A DNA stretch of 64,000 nt from positions 194,406 through 258,405 of the forward strand of contig CAVXAE010000003.1 of the NCBI GenBank assembly GCA_963759725.1, given 5' to 3'. Source of the DNA: an uncultured Gammaproteobacteria bacterium. GTDB lineage: Bacteria; Pseudomonadota; Gammaproteobacteria; Steroidobacterales; Steroidobacteraceae. The position numbers and the translations under genes were made by a program. Below are positions 32,988 through 43,236 of the stretch, in pieces. A model generated the notes under the pieces. The model made no database searches. It worked only from the letters and a program-made list of their open reading frames with translations, and was not told the DNA's origin. Every line of letters starts with the position of its first letter. The first letter of the stretch is position 1.

Positions 32988-34281
32988 TCATCGCTTGCAT
33001 CGCAGTTCGGCGAGCGGCGCGTTGGCCGCTCCTCATTGATGGATTGCGCTCGACGATCAGCCTCGCGACTTCGTGCCACCTCATCCCCGACCGCACCGGC
33101 CGCGAATGCGATGTTCTGGGCGTGCAGCGACATATGACCCTTTTGTATTCCGTCCGTGGCGAGCGCCTTCATGGCGCCAAAGTTCTGCGCCAGGCCGACG
33201 GCCGCAATGATTCGTGCCAGTTGTGCGGCCGTCTCCACCTGCAGAATCGCGCAGGAGCGCGCGCACGGTCGGATGAATCTTCACCGCGCCGCCCACGAGG
33301 CCCACCGCCAGCGGCAACTCCAGCGTCCCGGCGAGATCCCCTGCTTCGGTCACTTCCCAGGTCGACAGACTGCGGTATCGGCCCGTTCGTGCCGCGAATG
33401 CGTGCGCACCCGCTTCTACCGCGCGCGTATCGTTTCCCGTGGCCAGCACGACAGCTGACACACCGTTCATGATTCCCTTGTTGTGTGTTGCCGCCCGGTA
33501 CGGATCGTTGTCCGCAAAATGGTAGGCGGCGATCATCGCGTCGCGTACCGCGGAGCCGCCGATCGCATCGCATGTCCAGGTCGCTCGTGCCCTGGCGAGG
33601 CGGCGGTCCGCCAGATTGGACAGGATGCGCAGGAGCGCGCGTCCGCCGGTCCACCGGGCGAGATCGGGAGCGAGACGCTCCGCCATCGTGTTGACGGTGT
33701 TGGCCCCCATCGCATCGCGCGTATCGATGACGATGTGCGTGATGACCATGCTGCCGATCGGTGTGTCGATGATGCGAACGTCGAGATCGCGGAATCCGCC
33801 GCCCAATCTGATCAGCGTGGGATCACAGGCATTGCAGATGCGCTCGATCTCGGCTCTTCTGCTCGAGGATGACCAGACGGGCACGCATGGGATCCGGGAT
33901 GTCGAGCAGTTGAATCTGCGCGATCATCTCCGTGCCCGACATCGAAGTCTCGAAACCGCCGGATTCGTAGCATTGGCGGGCCGAGTTACCGACCGCGGCG
34001 ATGACCGACGATTCTTCGGTCGCCATCGGCACGAGCACGTCGCGTCCGTCGACTTTCATGTTCGTCGCGATCCCGACCGGGATGGCGATGGTGGTCACCA
34101 TATTCTCGATCATGTGATCGGCGAGGTGACGAATCGATGTTCGACTGCCACCGCCAGCTGTTCGCGCTGCGCCTTGTCCAGCCCCGCGAAGGCTGAGATG
34201 CGCTCGATGCGCTGTTCGACGCTCAGCTTGTGAAAGCCCGAGAGCGGGACGTCGTGGATTAGGTGCTCAGGCTGTGGACAC
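32988..34281 (-). pseudogene. class II (degradative, Pseudomonas MvaA-type) HMG-CoA reductase, several frameshifts
   Basis: Collinear with P. mevalonii HMGR as recalled: IENMVTTIAIPVGIATNMKVDGRDVLVPMATEESSVIAA; DTRDAMGANTVNTMAE; DPYRAATHNKGIMNG; [29 protein letters not shown]. Ends are approximate. Confidence 0.75.
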
Positions 34282-34413
34282 TTGTGTCCTTTCCTGCAGA
34301 CAATCGCCCCACTGCATCAGCGCACGCCTATAAATAGCGACTTTGCCGGAGCTGATGTAGGTACAATTTGGGACAATGTGATGGGGACGTTGTGACCTCA
34401 GGGTCGTTACACC

Positions 34414-35792
34414 ATGCCTTCACCCCCTCTGAAGATCGACTTCGTCATCAACTAGCATCCTGATGCAGTTTCGTGCCGGCACGTTGCGGCCCGGGCAGCG
34501 CCTGCCATCCATACGTGATGAGGCACAGCGCCTGGGCATTGGCAAGAACACGGTGGTCGAGGCCTACCTTCGGCTGGTCAGCCAAGGCATTCTTCAGGCA
34601 AAGCCCGGATCGGGCTACTACGTCGCGCGCACGCCAGCTCCCACTTCTCGCGAGAGCGACGTGCCGCTGGCTGCCGCCACCGACCGCGTCTCGTTGCTGG
34701 CAGAGCAGCTCGACCGGCGGTTGCCGATACGGCCCGGCGATGGGCGCCCGCCGCACCGAGTGGCTGGAGACCTCGGAGCTGCGGCGTTACCTGTCCTATC
34801 AGCGATTCCAGGAAGCCGATTCCTACAATTCCAGCTGGGGATACGCGCCCTTGCGCGACCGCTTGTGCGGCGCCCTCGCCGAGCGAGGCATCGCCTGTCG
34901 CGACACTCAATTGCTGATGACGCATGGCGCCAATCACGCCATGGACCTCGTGATCCGACGCTACGTCAGGCCCGGCGACAACGTGCTCGTCGACGACCCG
35001 GGCTACTATCCATTGCTCGCCAAGCTCACGCTGGCCGGCGCGAACGCCGTCGGCGTTGAGCGCCGGCACGACGGACCGGATGCGGCGGATCTCGAGAGCG
35101 AAGGCCAGAAAAAGCGGGGCGCGGTTTTTCTTCACGCAATCCCTCGCGCACAATCCGACCGGCGGCTCGATGACCATCGGTGTCGGCCTACGCTGTACTG
35201 CGCGCCGCGACGGCATGCGATCTTCTGATCGTCGAGGACGATCCGTTCGCCGACATCCTGCCCTACACCGCGCCACGTCTCGCCGCGCTCGATCAGCTCG
35301 AGCGCGTCCTCTATATCGGCACTTTTTCCAAGACGCTCGCCGCCAGCTTTCGCTGCGGCTATCTCGCGGCGGCGCCCCAGGCTGGCGAGCGAGCTGAACG
35401 AGCTAAAGGTCGTGACCACGGTTTCGACGTCTGCGCACGATGAGCGGCTGATCTTCCAGCTGATCGAGCACGGTCATTATCTGAAGCATCTTCGCCGTTT
35501 GCGCTTGCGCGCGAGCAAGGCGACGGCCGAGAGCGTGGAAGCGCTCGAGCGCCTCGGCTTCACGATCCGCCGACCGATCGGCGGCGGCTTCTACCTGTGG
35601 ATCGATCTGCCGCGAACACATGAGCGGAGACGATCTGGTTCATGACGCCACTCGCGCCGGCATCTTCATCGCTCCGGCGGCCAACTTCTCGACCAGCCGG
35701 CAGGCGCGCTCCCGCGATGCGGGTCAACGTGGCCTACGGCAGAGACACTGACCTTCCTCGCCTGGCTGCGGGAGAAATTGGATTCCAAGTAG
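34414..35792 (+). pseudogene. MocR/GntR-family PLP-dependent transcriptional regulator, multiple frameshifts and an early in-frame TAG
   Basis: HTH: LRPGQRLPSIRDEAQRLGIGKNTVVEAYLRLVSQG. Aminotransferase-fold part: THGANHAMDLVIR, DDPGYYPL, LAHNPTGG, IVEDDPFADI, IGTFSKTLA. These are spread over ORFs 34463-, 34473-, 35056-, 35180- and 35412-. Confidence 0.7.
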
Positions 35793-35823
35793 ACGGACGG
35801 GATCGTCAGTCGGCAGGCCGCGG

Positions 35824-36593
35824 CTACGGCGGAGGAAGCCGCGACGCGCAAAGCCTGCCAAGGTCTCCTTCGCGCGATCGCTGGTGAAGGTGCGCTGGCC
35901 CAGCACCGCTTCGCGCGCAAACGCCTCCTCGATGGGCAGATCGTAGAGGGTGAGCGCGGCCTCCTTGATCGTCTGAACGGCAAGCGGACTCTTCGCGGCG
36001 ATCTGCGTCGCCAGAGTCCATGGCGACCGGCTCGACCTTGTCGCTGGCCACCACCTGATTCAACACGCCACGCTCGAGCAGCTCCGCCGCGCTGAACCGG
36101 CGGCCCGTCAGCATGCATCTCCATGGCATGCGCATAGGCGATCTGGCGTACGAGGCGAACCAGCGTACCGCCGGCCGGCACGAAGCCATGATCGACCTCC
36201 GGGAACTGAAACACCGCATCCTCGGCAGCGATCCGCAGATCGCTCGCCAGCATGAGCTCGAAGCCCCCGCCGATGCACAAGCCCCGGACTGGCGGAGATG
36301 ACAGGTTTGTAGAGCACACCCGTCTTGAGGTGCGCCGGATCCCAGGCGCTGATGTCGAATTGCCTGAGGACAGCGCGGGAATCGATTCGTTGAGATCCGC
36401 GCCGACGCAGAAGGCTCGATCGCCGGCGCCGGTGAGCACGACTGACGTGAACCCGATCGTCGCGCCCCGCCTCTGCGAAGGCGCGGCCCAGATCGTCGTA
36501 CATGGCCAGCGTCAGCGCGTTGAGCTTCTCGGGCCGCGACAGGCGGATGGTCGCGACTGCGCCGTCGTACGGCGACATCGATTGCCATGTCAT
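35824..36593 (-). pseudogene. enoyl-CoA hydratase/isomerase (crotonase) family, frameshifted
   Basis: VATIRLSRPEKLNALT, VVLTGAGDRAFCVGADL, CIGGGFELMLASDLRIAAEDAVFQFPEV are split over 3 frames. The ATG overlaps the upstream stop (ATGA at 36590-36593). Confidence 0.75.
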
Positions 36594-37853
36594 ATGACTC
36601 CGCTGCTCGCGAGCGCTGCGATATGCAGCATCGTCGAGTCCCAGCAGACCTTGAAGGACGGCTGCGTTGTGCTCTCCGAGGCCGGGCGCCGGATCGTGCG
36701 CCGGTGCATCGGCACCCGACAGTTTGATCGGCAGGCCGAACATCGGAATCGGCTTTCCCGCAACGGGGACGTCCACGATCATGCCGCGCGCGCTGATATG
36801 CGGATCCGCGACGACTTCAGTCGATGGACTTGATGGCACTGAGCGGCACTGCATCGCCGGCCATCTGCCTCGAGTTGCGCCTTCGTATACTTGCTGAACC
36901 AGCGGTGCAGCAGCGGCTTGACGATCGTCCTCGTTCACTTGCGGATCGAAGCGCTTCTCCATCGTGTCGATCCGCGGATCGCGGGCGGCTCTCGGGCTCT
37001 CCGAACATCTCGCAGGTGATGGCCCAGAACTTGTCCGTGTAGCCGCCGAAGAAGACATAGCCGTCAGCGCAGGGAAACTGGCCGTAGGGCCGCACGAACG
37101 GATGATCGTTGCCGAGAGGCTCGGCGATCTCCTTCGCGACCGTGTAGCGGACGACCGCATTTTCGGTCAGCGACAGGACGGCATCCTGCTGCGAGATGTC
37201 GACGACCTGGCCGATGCCGGTGCGCTCGGCCTCGCGCAATGCCGCGAGGGTCCCGACCGCGGCGTAGAGCGATGCTGAGAGGTCGCCGATGATGGTGCCG
37301 ACGCGCACCGGCGGCTGGCCCGGATAGCCGTTCATCGACCACAGCCCGCCGGCAGCCTGACCGCTGTTGTCATAGCCGGGCCGTTTGCGGTTCGGGCCGG
37401 TGCGACCGAAGCCGCTGATCGCGGTGTAGACGAGCCGGGGGTTCTCGGTTTTCAGGACGTCGTAGCCGACGCCGAGCTTGTCCATCACGCCGGGCCGAAA
37501 ATTCTCGACCAGCACATCGGCCTTGCGCACGAGCTGGCGCAGCAAGTCCTTGCCGCCGCTCGCTGCGCAGATCGAGCGTCACGCCCTGCTTGTTGCGATT
37601 GAATTGAGCGAAGAACGCGCTGGTCTGCTCGCCGTCGACGGTCCACCATCGGCGGAAAGGTACGCGTGTAGTCCGGATCGTTCGGGTTCTCGATCTTGAT
37701 GACGGTGGCGCCGAGATCGGCAAGCATCATCGAGCAGTACGGGCCGGCGACCACGCGCGTGACGTCGAGGACCGTCACGCCAGACAACGGGCCCGTTCGC
37801 GGCCGATGCGGCTCATTGCCGGCTGTCGTACCCTCTTCATCTGTGTCGGACAT
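36590..37853 (-). pseudogene. family III CoA-transferase (CaiB/BaiF/Frc-like), frameshifted
   Basis: GPLSGVTVLDVTRVVAGPYCSMMLADLGATVIKIE; ADVLVENFRPGVMDKLG; LVYTAISGFG; C-terminus ...GVI. Fragments 37485-37853, 36817-37545, 36108-37160. Confidence 0.75.
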
Positions 37854-39367
37854 TCAATCCATCCCTCTTCAATCGGCGTTCGTCAGCAGATCGCCTTCGC
37901 GCAACAAGCAGCAAGGTCACCACCAGCGCCATCGCCACGACGCACCAGCTATACCACAGGCCTGCAAAGGGGTCCCCGGTGCGCGCAACGATGTACTGCT
38001 CGACGAACGGCAGAAACCCGCCGAAATAGCCGGTCCCGAAATGGTAAGGGATCGACATCGAGCTGTAGCGAATCCGTGGCGGGAAAGAGCTCGGTCAGGA
38101 GTGCCGCACCGGCCCATAGGTCGCGCCGCAAGGCGGTAGCAACAATGCGAGCAGGATGATCGCGATGCCCGCGAAGGCGTCACCGTGCCAGCGGATAGCC
38201 GCTTGCGTCAGCACCGATCGAGTCGGTCTCCCAGCCGTACCGCGATTCCCGACGTCAAGCCACTGCGGCGCTCATCGTGTAGCATCTCGCTTCGACAGAT
38301 GCCGAGCAGCGCCACGGATCGCGGTCGGGAAAATGGATTGACCTGCCGTCGGGCCCGAGCACGACGACGGGAACAGCAGGAGCAGCGTCAAGCGTAGCCG
38401 CTCACGATCACGCGCTTGCGGCCGACTGCGGTCCGACAATCGCCCAAACAGCACGAACCAGACGACAGCCGATCGCTGCGCCGGCGCCGACGACCATCTG
38501 CGCGACGGTTTCGTCGACATGCATCGCATTGCGCAGGAAGCCGAGCGTCGTGAACATCGCGGTGAACCAGATCACCGTGAGACCCTGCGGCAATACCGAA
38601 CAAGCGCGATGAACAGGCGCCGACGGTTCCCGGGATAGGTGAAGCTCTCGCGCAAGGGATTCTTCGCGGTCTGGCCGGCCGCCTTCATCGCCTGGAATAC
38701 GGGACTTTCCGCCAGCCGAACGCGCATCCAGAGCGAGATCGCTAGCAGTATCAGCGAAAGCAGAAAGGGGATGCGCCAGCCCCACGCATCCCAGGTTTCG
38801 CCCGTCATGCTCCATTTGCACGCGAGCACGACCACGAGGCTCAGGAAGAACCCCGCGCCGACGCTCGCCTGGATGAAGCTCGTGTAGAACCCGCGCTTGC
38901 CTGCCGGTGAATGCTCGGCGACATAGATCGCCGCGCCGCCATACTCCCCGCCCAACGCAAGGCCCTGAACGATGCGCAGCAGGATGAATCAGTACTGGCG
39001 CGAGCCACCCTATGGTGGCATAGGACGGAACCAGGCCAACCCCCGCGGTGGCCACTCCCATCAGGACGATGGTCACTATGAATGTGTGCTTGCGACCGAA
39101 GCGGTCGCCCAGATAGCCGAACACCACGGCACCGAGCGGGCGGAAACCGAATCCCACTGCGAATCCCGCCCAGGCCAGCAGGGTTTGCAACTGACCGTCG
39201 CCGGCCGGAAAGAAAACGCTGCCGATGACTCCGGATGCAGCGAGCGTGCCGTAGATGAAAAAGTCGTACCACTCGAACAGCGTGCCGAGCGAAGAGGCCG
39301 TTATGACTTGCCGGATTTCCTTGGCGGTTCTTTTTCCAACGCCACCCGCCGGTACGATTGTGCCCAT
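37837..39367 (-). pseudogene. MFS metabolite:H+ symporter (MHS) family transporter, many frameshifts
   Basis: ASSLGTLFEWYDFFIYG, GYLGDRFGRKHTF, GGEYGGAAIYVAEHSP..KRGFYTS, and C-terminal YHFGTGYFGGFLPF. At least 5 fragments. Confidence 0.7.
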
Positions 39368-39542
39368 CGCCGTACCGTACCTTCTATAAGCGCGGCAAAC
39401 AAACGGGCTTCCAGGCGCCGCGGCAAACGTAAGTGCGAACACGATACTGAAAAGACTGGAAATCCTGCAGTGCGCACGCAGATGGAATTGTACCCGTACC
39501 ACCTCAGGCACATGGCCGCTGAGTTAGCTGACATCCGTACCT

Positions 39543-41531
39543 CTAATTTGTCTTCCGGGAGAGTCTCGCCACCCATCCGCCTCCCGGCGCGAGTTGAACC
39601 TTCAGTTTCTCGTTTCCTTCCACGCTTGCGAGGCGGTGTGCGTAGTCGATCCCCACTCTGTCGGCATTCGGCCCATCAGAATATATTTCCGCACCATAGA
39701 TACCTGAGCCGAGGAAGCTCAGATCGACATCGATTTCCCGCGCGCTCCAGTCGGTGAGCGCTCCGACGTAGAAATCTCCATTGGCAGCCTCGCGTGCCAC
39801 CACCACATAGTCTGCGAGCTTCGCATCGAGAACATGCGTCTGCTTCCAGAGGGTGGGGATGTCCGCCATTAACTGGGTGATTTGCGGCTCGCGCAGATAA
39901 TCGGAGACATTGCCTGCCATCTTGGAATACGGGCTCTCATACACGACATACATCGCGACCTGGTGCATGCGAGTGCCCATGCTCATCGGAGCGCCATTCA
40001 CGGCTCGAAAGTCCGCCTTCTGCGCGTTCTTCATGGCGCCGGGCTCGTAGTCGACCGGGCCTGCCACCATGCGAATGAAGGGCACCGTCAGCTCGTTCTC
40101 GGGAGTCGGCCCTTCGCTCCACTTGAAGAATTCGGAAGCTTGCAGCGCCTCGCGCGTGACGGCATTCGGATAGCGGCGCTCCAGCCCGGTCGGCTTGTAG
40201 GCGCCGTGAAAGTTCACGAACATGTGCCGCTTCGCGGTCTCCCGGGCCATGCGCTCGTAAAAATTGACCATCTTCTGGTCGTCGCGCTCCATGAAATCAA
40301 TCATGACGCCGTTGACACCCATGCGCTGCAGGGCGTCCAGTATCTCGACCGCTCTCGTCTCCATCGGCGCCGACAGGGTCCACAGGACGACTCCGAGGTT
40401 CTTTTCCTTCGCGTATCGAATCAGCTCGGGTACGCGCATCGCGGGCGTGTGCTTCATCGGATCGGTCACCTCGGACCAGCCGGCATCAAAAAACACGTAC
40501 CCGGTCTTGAAGCGTGCGTTGAAGTCCACGTAGTACTGGTAAGTCTCGAAGTTGTAGCCGGAGCGGAACGGCACGCCGTCCAGCCTGTTTTCCTGCACCC
40601 ATTCGGATTGGCTCTTGCCGGGCTTGAGCCAGCTCCAGTCGCCTTTCGGCGTCTCGCCGCCCAGTCGGTAAACGATGTCGCTGTCGATCAGGTCGGCGTC
40701 GCGGTCTGCGATCAGGAACACTCGCCAGGGGAACGTTCGCGTTCCCCTCGTTTGCGCTATGAAGTCAGCCCGACGAGTGATCACTCGCTGGGGAAATTCT
40801 GTTCCGACGAGCTTTTCTTCCAGCGGATAGGCCGGAAAGAAGGCGTCCGCGCCCGCGGAGCCTCCAGTCAGCCACATGCCGGGATAGTCGAGCAGATCGG
40901 ATTCGGTGATCAGCACCTTCGGCCCGCTCTCCGGAGCAATCAGCGCCGGCAAGACAGCGCGTTGCGCCTCGGTGAATTCGCGCAATGGCTTGACGGTGTA
41001 TGCGCTCTCGTAGTTGAAGTGAAAGCAATCGGCGACCCGCTTCGGGTCATCCGGCTTGCAATCCGGCATCTGCAGGTACGCTATCGGATCTCCGGGAAAT
41101 CGCAGTGCCGCATCTTCGGAGCGCAACTTGATCACGCCGGGCAGCGTCGTCCGCCACCGGTAAGCCACTCCATCATCGTATGCGCGAAGAATCAGGCTGT
41201 AATTGCCTTTGAACTTCACCTCCAGCTGATTGAAGTGATCGCGGATGCGCTGCCGCTTCGCGTACAGAGCCGGCGTGAAGGTGGTATCCGACGTGGTTAC
41301 AGTACTGTTCTTGATCCTGGGTGCTGCCCCAAGCACAGGACCATTGGCGAGCGCGAGCGAGATCGCGGACGGCTGCAGGACAGGTTGGCCATTGTGCAGA
41401 ATCGAAAGCTGTATCTTCTCGCCCAGCTCAAGGCGAACCGTATTGACACGGTTGGGAGAATCGACGGAGAGAACCTCGGCACCCGCCACGACTGGCGCGA
41501 GCGTCAAGAGCATCGTCAGAACATGCTTCAC
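39543..41531 (-). CDS. glycoside hydrolase family 97 (alpha-glucosidase/galactosidase type), secreted
   Basis: GTG 41531 or ATG 41513 gives the signal MLLTLAPVVAGAE. GH97-type segment GVMIDFMERDDQKMVNFYERMARETAKRHMFVNFHGAYKPTGLERRYPN. The long N-terminal extension in the ORF track belongs to the neighbouring remnant. Confidence 0.8.
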   Translation of the reverse strand: MKHVLTMLLTLAPVVAGAEVLSVDSPNRVNTVRLELGEKIQLSILHNGQPVLQPSAISLALANGPVLGAAPRIKNSTVTTSDTTFTPALYAKRQRIRDHFNQLEVKFKGNYSLILRAYDDGVAYRWRTTLPGVIKLRSEDAALRFPGDPIAYLQMPDCKPDDPKRVADCFHFNYESAYTVKPLREFTEAQRAVLPALIAPESGPKVLITESDLLDYPGMWLTGGSAGADAFFPAYPLEEKLVGTEFPQRVITRRADFIAQTRGTRTFPWRVFLIADRDADLIDSDIVYRLGGETPKGDWSWLKPGKSQSEWVQENRLDGVPFRSGYNFETYQYYVDFNARFKTGYVFFDAGWSEVTDPMKHTPAMRVPELIRYAKEKNLGVVLWTLSAPMETRAVEILDALQRMGVNGVMIDFMERDDQKMVNFYERMARETAKRHMFVNFHGAYKPTGLERRYPNAVTREALQASEFFKWSEGPTPENELTVPFIRMVAGPVDYEPGAMKNAQKADFRAVNGAPMSMGTRMHQVAMYVVYESPYSKMAGNVSDYLREPQITQLMADIPTLWKQTHVLDAKLADYVVVAREAANGDFYVGALTDWSAREIDVDLSFLGSGIYGAEIYSDGPNADRVGIDYAHRLASVEGNEKLKVQLAPGGGWVARLSRKTN

Positions 41532-41930
41532 TAGCCCTCCCCCTTCCGCCTCGCGAGCTCTGTGCGAATCCGCGCATGCTGCTCCCGGTCCAGCTTGTAA
41601 GGCAACATCGCGAGACCTGCGACGATGCCGACCGTCGCGGCGATTGGTCCGTAGATCAAACCGAGATTGCGGATGGCATCTGCGGGAATCAGCTGCGCCG
41701 GGTTCGCCCCCAGGTTGGATGGAAAGGCGATCAGGTCGATGGCGAGCCCGACAAACAGAATACCCACGCCTTGCGCACACTTTCCTTGCCGCAGATATTG
41801 AAGAATTGCCGGTAGGCAAAATGAGCCCGAACGAAAGTGCCAGCGGCACGGCGGCGAACAGCATGTACGGGTGCCGCCTGCCCACTTCGCCGACGGCGTA
41901 GGACAGCTTTTGCTTGAAACCAAGCGCGCT
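41531..41930 (-). pseudogene. GPH/MFS sugar:cation symporter remnant (internally deleted, frameshifted)
   Basis: Only about 130 codons survive: RRHPYMLFAAVPLALSFGLIL in one frame, and the C-terminal LGLIYGPIAATVGIVAGLAMLPYKLDREQHARIRTELARRK in another. Full-length family members have about 450 aa. Confidence 0.5.
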
Positions 41931-42057
41931 GGCAGGTGTAGGCGTCTGCTTCACTTCGCTTAAAAGGTCCAGGAACCGAGAGATACCCGAAGTGTGCCGT
42001 TCCGGGGAAGGAATGGACAGTCCGCGTACGCGGCAAGACAAGCTTCGACACTCAAGC

Positions 42058-42810
42058 TCAGCCCGAGCGCATTTTCAGGATCGACTCAACGTCGAGCTCG
42101 CCTTCGTATTGTCGCAACTCCTCTTGCTTGCTCTGCACGGCGAGCATGGCCATGCGATCGGCGAGCTCGTTGCCTTCGGTACCAACGTGCGCGCTGACAT
42201 GAGTGAGCCGCGCATCGACCTTGATGCGGTCGTAGAGCTCGTATGAAAGCTGGATGAGCTCGAGATTGCGGATGGGCCCACCGGCTTTGGTCCAGCCCTT
42301 TTTCTGCCAGCTGGATGCCCAAACGCTGATGCATTTGATGGCATAGGTCGAGTCGCTGAGCACTTCGACGCCTTCGCCGGCGAGAATGGCTTGCTCCGCC
42401 ATCAGCAAGGCGTGATGTAACGCTTTCAATTCAGCAGTGTTGTTCGTGCCGTTGGGGTGGTAGAGGCCGTACCACAATTGCTCGAGGAGACCCCTGCGGT
42501 ACACGGCGATTCCGGAGCCGGCGTTGCCCGGGTTGGGATCGCACGCGCCGTCGCAATAAATGCGCAGTGAGGCACACGAGTCGGCAGCGGGGTCTGGCTT
42601 TGCCAGCTGTGTCGCTTGCTTCACGGTGCTGCGACGGTTGCCGGTAGCGGGTGGCCTGCCGGACGAAAAGGCCTGTTCGGCTTCACCCCGGGTGGGAAAC
42701 GACTTGAACCGGGCGCCGGGAAATTTATCGACCTGGGCGTGAGCGTCAGGCCAGTCGCTGAAGACGCCAGTGCGGCGGCCGCTCCAGACAACGTAGAATT
42801 TTTTTGCCAT
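42058..42810 (-). CDS. rnhA: ribonuclease HI with N-terminal hybrid-binding (RNase H1 N-terminal/Cauli_VI-like) domain
   Basis: ATG 42810 gives MAKKFYVVWSGRRTGVFSDWPDAHAQVDKFPGARFKSFPTRGEAEQAF, a linker, then the catalytic DEDD core (IYCDGAC, TNNTAELKAL, VLSDSTY, GNELADRMA). Confidence 0.85.
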   Translation of the reverse strand: MAKKFYVVWSGRRTGVFSDWPDAHAQVDKFPGARFKSFPTRGEAEQAFSSGRPPATGNRRSTVKQATQLAKPDPAADSCASLRIYCDGACDPNPGNAGSGIAVYRRGLLEQLWYGLYHPNGTNNTAELKALHHALLMAEQAILAGEGVEVLSDSTYAIKCISVWASSWQKKGWTKAGGPIRNLELIQLSYELYDRIKVDARLTHVSAHVGTEGNELADRMAMLAVQSKQEELRQYEGELDVESILKMRSG

Positions 42811-42937
42811 AGGTAGAACGAAGCAGAAAGGAGCACAGCCACTAGCTTCGCATAGTGGCTGCACCGCCGGGGGCCGGGCCCGGCCGTCAGTCGTGACCGG
42901 CTGCTGCTCCGCTTGAAACGGCTTCAGAATCGCGCGG

Positions 42938-43195
42938 ATGAGTACCATCAGCAGCAATGTGGGATCCAGCGCCATCCAGAATGCCCAGGCGGGCATTACT
43001 CGCGGCATGGCCGCGCTCAACCTCGATGCAGCTGTAGTGGCCAACGGGGCTCAAGGCACGAGCGAGGAGTTGCTCAGCGCCCTGATCGACGCCTCGCAGC
43101 AAAAGCTATATATCCAGGCATCCGCGCAAGCGCTTTCGATCGCTGACGACGCGATGAGCGCCGCGTTGGGCCAACTCGTCGACACTTACTCCTGA
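42938..43195 (+). CDS. hypothetical small protein (85 aa)
   Basis: ORF in an otherwise free intergenic region with coding-like codon usage. Ala/Ser/Gln-rich helical sequence. No family recognised. Confidence 0.4.
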   Translation: MSTISSNVGSSAIQNAQAGITRGMAALNLDAAVVANGAQGTSEELLSALIDASQQKLYIQASAQALSIADDAMSAALGQLVDTYS

Positions 43196-43236
43196 TTTGA
43201 TTGCCCTGCGACCAGAGCAGGCCTGACAACGGCCGG

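Noticed and set aside
36-39367. Programmed ribosomal frameshifting or transcriptional slippage as the explanation for the split genes.
   Set aside because: There are far too many events per gene (3-7), in both +1 and -1 directions, in unrelated gene families. I saw no recurring slippery heptamer or downstream structure at the junctions I inspected.
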